Assembly: GCA_003538625.1 (NCBI GenBank)
Contig: DPRR01000014.1
Location: forward strand, 24,945 to 88,944
Direction of reading: 5' to 3'
Length of the DNA: 64,000 nucleotides
Source of the DNA: Ignavibacteriales bacterium
Lineage (GTDB): Bacteria > Bacteroidota > Ignavibacteria > Ignavibacteriales > Ignavibacteriaceae
Shown: one piece after another, positions 54,037 to 62,913 of the stretch
Layout: each line of letters starts with the position of its first letter
How positions within the stretch are numbered: the stretch's first letter is position 1
Translations under genes and position numbers: made by a program
The notes under the pieces: model-generated
Database searches by the model: none
What the model saw: the letters and a program-made list of their open reading frames with translations, nothing else
Told to the model about the DNA's origin: nothing

Positions 54037-55887
54037 TTAGTCATCCATTGTACTGGCAAAAACTTCTTCGAGTGAGGTTATTCCGTTCTTAACTCTTTCT
54101 AAACCGGCTTCACGCAAAGTTAACGATCCATCTTTTCTAGCGGCTTTCCTAACACTTATCTCATCAATCTTGTCACCGGCATCAAGTATAATCTGAGCAA
54201 TTTCTTTAGTTATATAAACAGCTTCGTGAACAGCCATTCTACCTTTAAATCCAGATCCTAAACATTTTTCACAACCTACCGGTTCATAAAGAGTATATTT
54301 TTTCCATTCTACCGGATCCAAACCTAATCTTTTAAAATATTTTTCATCGTGTTTACCACTTTTTTTCTTACACTCGCATAATTTTCTTATCAGTCTTTGA
54401 GCAACAATAATATTAATTGCATTCGCAAGTAGGAAAGGTTCAATACCCATTTTATAAAGACGTGAAATAGCGCTTGGTGCATCATTTGTATGAAGTGTAG
54501 AAAAAGTTAAGTGTCCCGTATTTGCTAATTTGATTGCAATGTCCGCTGTCTCCTTATCACGCATTTCTCCAACAAGTACAATATCCGGATCATGACGTAA
54601 GATATATCTTAAAGCATGTTCAAAATCTAATTTGTGCCCAAGTTTTACTTGCCGCGCACCTTTAATTATATATTCTATCGGGTCTTCAACTGTAATAACA
54701 TTAACAGAAGGATTGATAACCTGATGAAGTGCAGCTTGCAGAGTTGTGCTTTTTCCGCAGCCAGTAGGTCCTGTTAAAATTATCAATCCTTGTGGATTGC
54801 TGATTGATTTTTGAAAACTGGTCAGTGCATATCCTGCAAATCCCAATGCACCTAAATCTTTAATTACCTTTCTATCATCTAAAATTCTTATTACAATACT
54901 TTCGAACTTATTTTTAATTTCATTACCTGCAATAGGAATTATTGAAACTCTAAACCTTATAATGTGTCCGTCAATCTCTCTTTGAATAAATCCATCCTGC
55001 CCGCTTTCTCTTTCAAATCTATCAAGACCTCTTGCCCGGTCCTTAACTACAGCTATTATTGCCTCAGGCATTGTGTTTTGCTGCCGATGCCAGAGAAGCA
55101 GTTTTCCATCAACTCTAAAATTAATTAATGTGTCGGTTGAACTTTCAGGTAAAAAGTGTATATCACTTGCGCCTTTTCTCACGCCTTCAATCAGCGCACC
55201 CTCGAATAAATTTATTAAAGCACTTTTATTTATTTCAATCTCTAAAAGACTTTCGTCTACAGATCCTTCAGAACCAGTAATTGGCGCTTCGTACTGATTA
55301 CCAAGTTTTTCTAAATTGATTAAATATTCATTTTCAGGTGGAATTAAAATTTCAATTAGTTTTTCATAAACCGCAGGCGGCAGGTATGTAATTTCATATC
55401 TTTCAACATTCAATCTTTGAATAATTCTAAGTATTTCTTTATCAGTTGGATCAATCGCACCAATAATTAATTTATTTTTATTATTGATATCAAACATCAA
55501 CGGAAGCATTTTAACGTGCAGAAGTAATTTTTTAAGTTCGATATCATAAGTATCCAATAAATTTCGGATATCAGTTATGAAACTTTCGGATAGATTTTTT
55601 ATATCAATATCAACTGTTCGAAATGCATAGAATGAGGCTACTTCGCGAAAGATCAGATCGTGGTCAAAGTTTAAATCCTGTACCAGAATTTGAGCAAGAT
55701 TTTTCCTTCCCTTACCATCCTGGCTGTATTTTTGTTTTAAGAAGATAGCTTTGTTGACAGTGTTGGTATCGATTATACCTTTTTTAAGGAGAAGATATGC
55801 TAATTTATTTCCGACGAGTTCCTGGGAATAATCTTCGTCATTAATCTTTATATCAATCTTACCTTCGATAAATGAAATATTGTTCAT
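54037..55887 (-). CDS. GspE/PilB-family type II secretion / type IV pilus assembly ATPase
   Basis: 616 aa. Walker A GPTGCGKST, DPDIVLVGEMRD and TGHLTFSTLHTND, plus a tetracysteine CxC...CxxC zinc motif. Confidence 0.9.
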   Translation of the reverse strand: MNNISFIEGKIDIKINDEDYSQELVGNKLAYLLLKKGIIDTNTVNKAIFLKQKYSQDGKGRKNLAQILVQDLNFDHDLIFREVASFYAFRTVDIDIKNLSESFITDIRNLLDTYDIELKKLLLHVKMLPLMFDINNKNKLIIGAIDPTDKEILRIIQRLNVERYEITYLPPAVYEKLIEILIPPENEYLINLEKLGNQYEAPITGSEGSVDESLLEIEINKSALINLFEGALIEGVRKGASDIHFLPESSTDTLINFRVDGKLLLWHRQQNTMPEAIIAVVKDRARGLDRFERESGQDGFIQREIDGHIIRFRVSIIPIAGNEIKNKFESIVIRILDDRKVIKDLGALGFAGYALTSFQKSISNPQGLIILTGPTGCGKSTTLQAALHQVINPSVNVITVEDPIEYIIKGARQVKLGHKLDFEHALRYILRHDPDIVLVGEMRDKETADIAIKLANTGHLTFSTLHTNDAPSAISRLYKMGIEPFLLANAINIIVAQRLIRKLCECKKKSGKHDEKYFKRLGLDPVEWKKYTLYEPVGCEKCLGSGFKGRMAVHEAVYITKEIAQIILDAGDKIDEISVRKAARKDGSLTLREAGLERVKNGITSLEEVFASTMDD

Positions 55888-55906
55888 AATAAAAACTCTA
55901 AGTTTA

Positions 55907-57256
55907 TCATCCTCCTAAAGGTCTTTTAGGTGATATCACCGCGGTTTCAGCTGAAATTAATGTTAGTAATACCATTAGTATTAATATCACAAATGCAATC
56001 GCAATCTGAATCCACTCTATTGCATTTTTTAATTTGTATACTGTTTCTCTTTCAAAGTATTTTGCTAATTGCAAAGAAGTTTTTTTCACATTTCCACTTT
56101 CTTCACCCTGCCTGAATTTGGAAATAGCTGTTTCATTAAAAACTCCCGATGCCTGAAGTGCATCAGTTATTCCAACTCCTCGTTTCATCATCATAGGAAG
56201 AGAAATGTTTACAATTTGTTCCTCAAAATATCTGTTACCGGTTGCTTCGGCAGCAATTTTTATTGGTAAAATACTAACAGCCGAACCGCTATACAGTGTA
56301 TAGAAAACACGGCAAAATATTTCAATATAAGTTTTATGAAATAAATCACCGAGTAAAGGCAGCTTCATTAAATACTGATCGAACAATACTCTGCCTCTTG
56401 GATGCTTATAAATCAGAAATAAAATTATAAACGGCAGTAAAGAAAGAAGAAAAAGTAAAATAGCATTCTCACCAATAAAGTCACTCATCTTTAAAGTAAA
56501 GGCAGTCATTGGTGGAAGTTTTGCACCCATTCTTAAAAATAATTTAGCTGTCTCCGGAAATATATAAGTTACATACCAAATACATGCAGCTATTAATAAC
56601 AATACAGTTACGGATGGAGTTATCAATGCACTGCGTAAGCTCTTTTTAAATTGTAATGATCTTTCAAGAAACTTTGCAGTTGCGGAATAAATCTCAGCCA
56701 TGTTACCGCTTTTTGATCCCAATCCCAGCATATAAGCAGTAAATCTTCCAAATACACTCTGATGCTTCATAAAAGCTTTTTCACCATCCACACCTTGCTT
56801 TAAATCTTTACTGATATCCTTTAAAGTTTCTTTAAGAACTTTATTCCGCGTATCGTTTATTAAAAAAGTTAATATCTCACTGAAAGGTAAACTTTCTTCA
56901 AGCATATCTGATGTTATCTGTACAAAGTTTAGAATTTCACCATTGCTTGGTTTAGCAGTAAACTCAAAAAGTTTTCTTCTGATACTTATTATTTGATATC
57001 CAAGTAACCTGAATGCTTCGGCAACTTCATCTTTATTATAAGCGCGTTGAACTCCAATTATTGGTTTATCGTACGGACCTTTGCCCTTCACTTTATATCT
57101 GAAGGTTGCTTTTCTTTCAATCTTTTTTAATTTATAGCTGTTTTTAAGTGCTATATCTTTAATTTGCTTTCTTACTTCCCAATAAGAATTATTTGCGATA
57201 ACACCAGTAATTAGCTGTCCATCTGATTTTAAAGCGGAAAATCTAGCTTCTATCAT
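55907..57256 (-). CDS. GspF/PilC-family inner-membrane platform protein
   Basis: 449 aa with a duplicated T2SS-F-type cytoplasmic domain and three hydrophobic segments. It is the first gene of the PilC-PilB-PilT operon. Confidence 0.8.
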   Translation of the reverse strand: MIEARFSALKSDGQLITGVIANNSYWEVRKQIKDIALKNSYKLKKIERKATFRYKVKGKGPYDKPIIGVQRAYNKDEVAEAFRLLGYQIISIRRKLFEFTAKPSNGEILNFVQITSDMLEESLPFSEILTFLINDTRNKVLKETLKDISKDLKQGVDGEKAFMKHQSVFGRFTAYMLGLGSKSGNMAEIYSATAKFLERSLQFKKSLRSALITPSVTVLLLIAACIWYVTYIFPETAKLFLRMGAKLPPMTAFTLKMSDFIGENAILLFLLSLLPFIILFLIYKHPRGRVLFDQYLMKLPLLGDLFHKTYIEIFCRVFYTLYSGSAVSILPIKIAAEATGNRYFEEQIVNISLPMMMKRGVGITDALQASGVFNETAISKFRQGEESGNVKKTSLQLAKYFERETVYKLKNAIEWIQIAIAFVILILMVLLTLISAETAVISPKRPLGG

Positions 57257-57830
57257 TATCCCTTCACAAAAAAATGATTTTACTTATTAAAATATAATAC
57301 ATTAAAAATTGTTACTCTCGTAAATCCTGTAACTATTTCAAATAATAGGCCAGTGAGATCATATAAGACTACATATAGCTCAAAAATCAGAGACTCATTA
57401 TAAAAAGAGAAAATACGGATAATATTTTTTCCAAATATTGAGAATCATAAAATATTCAGCGTTTGGTCTGCGACATTTAAAATAATAGGCTAATCCAGTA
57501 GTCTGACTAAAATAATTTTCTTTTTAACTTTGAGCAGATATATTGAATATAAGATTAAATTAAAGCTTTCCATCCGGCTAAAGTGATTTATATGAATCTA
57601 ACTATTAAACAATTAATAAAATATCGAAGAATAATAGCGAGTTATTTTCTAAATATTCCACATCTCAAAACTGTATCATTATAATATTTTCTCGGATTGT
57701 AAAATATTTTGAGATTAAAAAAGGTATGAGTAGGTAAATTTTACAAAAAATGTATTATATTTAACAGGGTATATTTTTTGATACTACTTTCTGTCACTAA
57801 AGTATTTCTCTATAAAGTCAATTTTAAATA

Positions 57831-58313
57831 ATGACGGGAATACAATCCTTATTAGCAATTGGCGCAATCTGGTTATTCGCACTCATCTCAATTAATTTCA
57901 ATTCTACAGTTGTGCACAATATATCCATTGAGGTTGAAAATAAAGTTTACCTTACTGCTTTTTCCCTTGCTGATGATATGATTGAGGAGATTAAGCAAAA
58001 AGCGTTTGATGAAAGAACAATTGATTTTATTACTCCAAACGCAGAACAATTGACTCTGGATTTGGGCACAGAAGGAGAAGTTTGGCCAAATTTTAATGAT
58101 GTTGATGATTATAATGGCTATTCCAAAAATGTTGGATTGCCATATTTAGAAACATATCATGTTTCGACCGCAGTTTTTTATGTTAATAGTAATGATCCTA
58201 ATTCGGTTGCAGCAGACGGAGAACGAACATTTTATAAAAAAGTTGAAGTTACAGTAACCAGTAAGTATATGTCATTACCAGTGGTCCTTTCATTTATTTT
58301 TACCATGAAATAA
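57831..58313 (+). CDS. Pilin/pseudopilin-like membrane-anchored protein lacking the canonical class III signal
   Basis: 160 aa. The N-terminus MTGIQSLLAIGAIWLFALISI is a pilin-like hydrophobic helix with no Glu at +5. An in-frame stop lies 2 codons upstream of the ATG. Confidence 0.4.
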   Translation: MTGIQSLLAIGAIWLFALISINFNSTVVHNISIEVENKVYLTAFSLADDMIEEIKQKAFDERTIDFITPNAEQLTLDLGTEGEVWPNFNDVDDYNGYSKNVGLPYLETYHVSTAVFYVNSNDPNSVAADGERTFYKKVEVTVTSKYMSLPVVLSFIFTMK

Positions 58314-58317
58314 TACT

Positions 58318-58902
58318 ATGAGTATGTTACTTGATATATTTGGATCTGTCGTTATTGCTGGTTTATTATTTATTATGATGGTGAGACTTAATTTGTTCTC
58401 TTCTCAAACCAGCTATATTTCTGATAGTGAACTTAAACTCCAGACAAATACCAAAACATTAGCTGAAATTCTGGATTATGATCTAAGAAAAATTGGTTAC
58501 AGACATGAGGGTACAGCTATCATACTAGCAGATTCAACTCATCTTACTTTTATGGCGGATATAGATTCAAATGGAACGGCAGAAGAAGTTGAATATTTTG
58601 TAGGAGATTCGACAGAAGCAACAGGTACACTTAATCCAAGTGATATAATATTAAAACGGACTATCGATGGTGGTAATTTAATGAGTGGATCTTCATTAAA
58701 TTTAGTTAAATTAAAATTTACATATCTTGATGAGTTCAGTAATAAAATATCTTATCTTAATTCAGGTCGATATGATGATATAAAATATATAAGAACTGAA
58801 ATGTGGCTTGCAGGTGATGATCCTATTCCTGACGCTTATGCTGATACATCAAGTTATACATTAACATATTGGGAATTTACAATTTATCCAAGGAATATAT
58901 AA
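58318..58902 (+). CDS. PilW-like minor-pilin-like protein, atypical N-terminus
   Basis: 194 aa with N-terminus MSMLLDIFGSVVIAGLLFIMMV. It begins 4 nt after the previous stop. Confidence 0.4.
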   Translation: MSMLLDIFGSVVIAGLLFIMMVRLNLFSSQTSYISDSELKLQTNTKTLAEILDYDLRKIGYRHEGTAIILADSTHLTFMADIDSNGTAEEVEYFVGDSTEATGTLNPSDIILKRTIDGGNLMSGSSLNLVKLKFTYLDEFSNKISYLNSGRYDDIKYIRTEMWLAGDDPIPDAYADTSSYTLTYWEFTIYPRNI

Positions 58903-59957
58903 TGGGAAAAAGTGCATTAATTATGACGCTGGGGTTATCCCTTATAATTGCATTTATTATACTAAAGCTTAACACAAATGCAACGCAAGGCGTTGAGACA
59001 ACTGTTAATAAATTTGACCAGACACACGCACGACTGATAGCTAATTCAGCAGTGGAAATCCAGCTCGAAAAATTAAGACAAGACAAAAATCTTCATGGAA
59101 ATTTTGCAGGTAGTTTATTTGACGGTAGTTATTCCGGGAATATAAGTCCTGAAGATGCAAACGGAAGAATCATTATTAGATCCACTGGATTATTCCAGAC
59201 AATATCACATTATGTTCGTGTCGATGCTGAGAGAAAATCTGTTACAGCTCCGCCTTCAGCTGGTGCAGTGAGAATAATCACCAATGTATTTGATAAATTG
59301 ATTATATCTGGTGGCTTGAATATAAGTGGTTTTGATCACGATCCTACAGGAGTTAGAATTGATTCATTACCCGCGATACCTGGAATCACAGTTGATACAC
59401 AAGGACAAATTGATACATTAGTCGATAAAAAACTCGGCATCAATGCAAATGCAGAAGTTACAGGTCTAGGGCCGCTTGTGAAAGATAAATATAGCATAGC
59501 ATTACCAAGCGGAGAAGAGGTCGATTGGTTAGGTATTTCTGAGGATATCGCTTCTTCAGCCGACACTATTTTATATGGTGGCAGTGGAGATAAATTTGAA
59601 AATTTTCCAAATTTTTCCATTGGAACTTTAGCAAATCCTAAAATAGTTCGAATCGAAGGTAATGTTCAAATTAATTCTGCAAATGCAACCGGAGCTGGGA
59701 TTTTAGTTGTGAATGGTAATCTAACACTTGAGAAACTGTTTTGGCAAGGATACATAGTTGCTTACAAAGATTCTAAAATTGATATCAAGCTTAATGGTGG
59801 AGCGACTGTCATCGGTGGAATGTTATTATCTGGAGATACAGTAGAAATTACAGCCGGCAATGGAGGTTTTACATTAAAATACAGCAGTCAGGTGATGCAA
59901 CTATTGCATGAGAATTTAGTTTCATCAAGATTTAAAATATTAAATTGGTGGGAATAA
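58902..59957 (+). CDS. PilX-like pilus-associated protein
   Basis: The preferred start is the ATG at 58902, overlapping the upstream stop (TAATG). MGKSALIMTLGLSLIIAFIIL resembles the PilX N-terminal segment. The track ORF begins 33 nt upstream at 58869, inside the preceding gene. Confidence 0.45.
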   Translation: MGKSALIMTLGLSLIIAFIILKLNTNATQGVETTVNKFDQTHARLIANSAVEIQLEKLRQDKNLHGNFAGSLFDGSYSGNISPEDANGRIIIRSTGLFQTISHYVRVDAERKSVTAPPSAGAVRIITNVFDKLIISGGLNISGFDHDPTGVRIDSLPAIPGITVDTQGQIDTLVDKKLGINANAEVTGLGPLVKDKYSIALPSGEEVDWLGISEDIASSADTILYGGSGDKFENFPNFSIGTLANPKIVRIEGNVQINSANATGAGILVVNGNLTLEKLFWQGYIVAYKDSKIDIKLNGGATVIGGMLLSGDTVEITAGNGGFTLKYSSQVMQLLHENLVSSRFKILNWWE

Positions 59958-59980
59958 ACCCCAAAAAACTTTTTATAATA

Positions 59981-60008
59981 AGTTGCCTTTACTGGCAACT
60001 TTTTTTTT
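59981..60008 (+). terminator. Rho-independent terminator of the pilin-like operon
   Basis: AGTTGCC-TTTACT-GGCAACT followed by TTTTTTTT. Confidence 0.75.
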
Positions 60009-60206
60009 AAATCTATTTCAAATATTTATTATTCAGTTAGTATGCAGTTACATTTTGACCATATGATAAAATCTCTTGTTGATCTTCAAGTATTTAATCA
60101 TTTCTTTTGCTAATTTTAGCACCAACAAAATGATAATCCGAAAGTAACCGGTACGTTAAAATCATTAAACTTATAAAGTTATTTCCAAAAGGATAAAAGT
60201 AATTTC

Positions 60207-61961
60207 ATGATTAGAATCTTAGTGACTTTTTTTGTAATCATTATCCTAATCCTATTTTATGGATGTGAAAATAAAACTGAAAAAATTAAACCAGGATTAA
60301 ATGAGGAATTTAATTTTAACTTTTCAGAGTATGAAAATATTTTTAAAAAAAATATAGTAATACCCGATACACAAAGTTCTTTATTTGAAACCTGTGGTAA
60401 AGATTTAGATACTATTAAATATTATTACTCAACGCAAAACTATAAACCAATATTTCTGAAAAGTTTTGAATCCAAAAGTTTTGTTGATTCACTGCTTGAA
60501 ATTTTGGGTGCAGCAGCAGACCACGGTTTAAATCCCGAGAGCTACCATTATACTCAAATTAAAAATGAATTTGATGAAGTATTAAATCCAAAAACTGATA
60601 GCAATAAAAGATATTTTTATTTGGCCAATACGGAATTAATAGCTGCTCATGCAATTCTTATATACTCTACTCATATGCGCCATGGTGTGGTTAACCCTAG
60701 ACAACTTTATTTTGATAGATATTATTTACCGGTTACAGATTCACTGAATAAAAAATTGTTTGAACCATTCCAGCAGAAAAACGTAATTCATTATTTGCAA
60801 AACATTCAACCCAAGAGTAAAAAGTATACAAGATTACAAACCGCACTCAAAAGATTTGAAGCTATTTCAAGTATAGAATGGATTAAAATTCCTGTTTCTG
60901 ATAAGAAAATTGAAATTGGAAATGAATCTGCTTCCATCAGAAATATTGTAGATAAATTAGTAGTCCTTGGTTTTTTGGATACAAACAAAGTAAAACTAAA
61001 AGAACTAGATCGTTATGATTCTTTACTCGTAGAACCGATCAAAGAATTTCAAAGGGCTAACGGATTAAATGATGACGGCGTAATTGGCAAAACTACTATT
61101 GAAAGATTAAATATTTCTCCCAAACAATATGTTGAAAAAATAAAATTGAATTTGGAAAGATTCCGGTGGATAGATTATTCCGATACCGCCAGATATGTAA
61201 TGGTTAACATTCCTGATTTTAAACTTTATGTAATGGAAAATGAGAATGAAAAGTTTAATATTAAAGTTTGCACAGGAAGAAAAGGTAAATGGGAAACTCC
61301 GAATCTCTACGGTAGAATTTCATATTTAGTTCTTAATCCAACATGGTCTGTTCCTAAAAGTATTATACAAGAAGAAATTGTCAGTGGATTAAGAAAGGAC
61401 TCTTTATATCTTAAAAAAAGAAACTTTAAAGTTTTCAAATCCGGTGAACGTGTTAGCTTAGATGGACTGACTGCACATGATTTAGCTTCATCCAACCGTT
61501 ATAGTCTGGTTCAGGATCCGGGATTAGGAAATGCTTTGGGAAAAATAAAATTTATGTTTCAAAATCCATTTGGCGTTTATCTGCACGATACACCTACAAG
61601 AGCACCCTTTGGTTATGTGAACCGTGCTGTTAGTCATGGCTGCGTTCGTGTTGAAAAACCGATTGAACTGGCTGATTATTTTCTCTCAAATAATTCACGG
61701 TGGACTACCGATTTCTTAAAAATCGAAATCGGACAAAAGGTGAATGATCCAAAAATTATCTCAGAGTTTAACAGCCTAAGATATGAACTCCGGAAAAATA
61801 ATAGTTATGGAGTGACCACCGAAGTAAAATTTGATAAAAAGATTCCCGTTTTTATAGATTACTATACAACCTGGGTTGATGCTGATGGACGATTTAATTA
61901 TAGAGATGATGTATATAATAGAGATAAAATATTGGAACAAAATCTATTCTCGAATAAATAG
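60207..61961 (+). CDS. L,D-transpeptidase (YkuD domain) with a peptidoglycan-binding domain, YcbB-like
   Basis: 584 aa with lipobox LFYGC. PG-binding EFQRANGLNDDGVIGKTT and catalytic YLHDTP...SHGCVRVEKP. Confidence 0.85.
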   Translation: MIRILVTFFVIIILILFYGCENKTEKIKPGLNEEFNFNFSEYENIFKKNIVIPDTQSSLFETCGKDLDTIKYYYSTQNYKPIFLKSFESKSFVDSLLEILGAAADHGLNPESYHYTQIKNEFDEVLNPKTDSNKRYFYLANTELIAAHAILIYSTHMRHGVVNPRQLYFDRYYLPVTDSLNKKLFEPFQQKNVIHYLQNIQPKSKKYTRLQTALKRFEAISSIEWIKIPVSDKKIEIGNESASIRNIVDKLVVLGFLDTNKVKLKELDRYDSLLVEPIKEFQRANGLNDDGVIGKTTIERLNISPKQYVEKIKLNLERFRWIDYSDTARYVMVNIPDFKLYVMENENEKFNIKVCTGRKGKWETPNLYGRISYLVLNPTWSVPKSIIQEEIVSGLRKDSLYLKKRNFKVFKSGERVSLDGLTAHDLASSNRYSLVQDPGLGNALGKIKFMFQNPFGVYLHDTPTRAPFGYVNRAVSHGCVRVEKPIELADYFLSNNSRWTTDFLKIEIGQKVNDPKIISEFNSLRYELRKNNSYGVTTEVKFDKKIPVFIDYYTTWVDADGRFNYRDDVYNRDKILEQNLFSNK

Positions 61962-62269
61962 ATTAAGGATTATGCTTTCGATTTTGATTCATTATTGTTT
62001 TCGAACAATTATTAAAGCATTAATTGGTTGAGAAAATAAATTTTTTAGAATGGATTTAATTGAAAATTACTATCAATGGAATTACGCAGACAAAATCGAT
62101 GATGCTGCTTAAGTAATCATTATTCAAACCATTTATTCTAGCGATTAAATAAATATCGAATATGCCTGCTTCTGATTAACAGAATAAAACAGCCCGTGGA
62201 TTTATTTTTTTTGGCCCAATTTATTTTTACTTTTAATCAACAGATTTTGAATGATTTCATTTTTAAAGA

Positions 62270-62830
62270 ATGTTAAGATCAAAAAAAATAACCAGCTTCG
62301 TATTTGCTGCACTTCTACTTTTATTCATTTATAATTCATTTGGATATCTGTTGCTCTATTTCCCTGCCAGAACATTCATTAAAGAATTTGTCAGCGAATC
62401 TATCAGACAAGATAAAATAGAAGCTGAGGAACTCAGTACAATTTCATTTAATAAAAATGATCTTAAAAAAAATAAATACGATTTTGTTTGGGTAAAACCC
62501 GATAAAGAATTTCGTTTTAACGGAAAGATGTATGATGTTAAAAAACAAATTGAATTAAATGACTCTATTTATTTTACATGTTATTACGATGAAGAAGAAA
62601 ATATCCTTGAAGAATTATTTGCCCATTATTTCAATAGCCGCAAACAAGATACGACACATAATTCTGCACTGCGTATAATTTTAGTTGGTCTGTTTTCTGA
62701 AGAAATAAAGAGCTTCAGTTATAATCTATATGATGAAGATATAATTAATTTACCGCTGCTAAAAAAAGAAGCGGAATTAATTGCACCAATAAAAGATATT
62801 CCCACTCCACCGCCGCGTTTAGCCGTTTAA
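62270..62830 (+). CDS. Hypothetical membrane-anchored protein
   Basis: 186 aa with one N-terminal TM segment (FVFAALLLLFIYNSFGYLLLYF). No known motif. Confidence 0.4.
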   Translation: MLRSKKITSFVFAALLLLFIYNSFGYLLLYFPARTFIKEFVSESIRQDKIEAEELSTISFNKNDLKKNKYDFVWVKPDKEFRFNGKMYDVKKQIELNDSIYFTCYYDEEENILEELFAHYFNSRKQDTTHNSALRIILVGLFSEEIKSFSYNLYDEDIINLPLLKKEAELIAPIKDIPTPPPRLAV

Positions 62831-62913
62831 TTTCAGATCTATAATTCAATCTTTCAGAGAAAATTAATCAAATTTCTATCTCTGATTTTTTTCAATTAAT
62901 CAAGGATAATTAT

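Noticed and set aside
58869-58901. The upstream start proposed by the track for the PilX-like ORF (58869)
   Set aside because: It lies inside the preceding gene. The in-frame ATG at 58902 overlaps the upstream stop (TAATG) and yields a typical short N-terminus followed by the hydrophobic helix.
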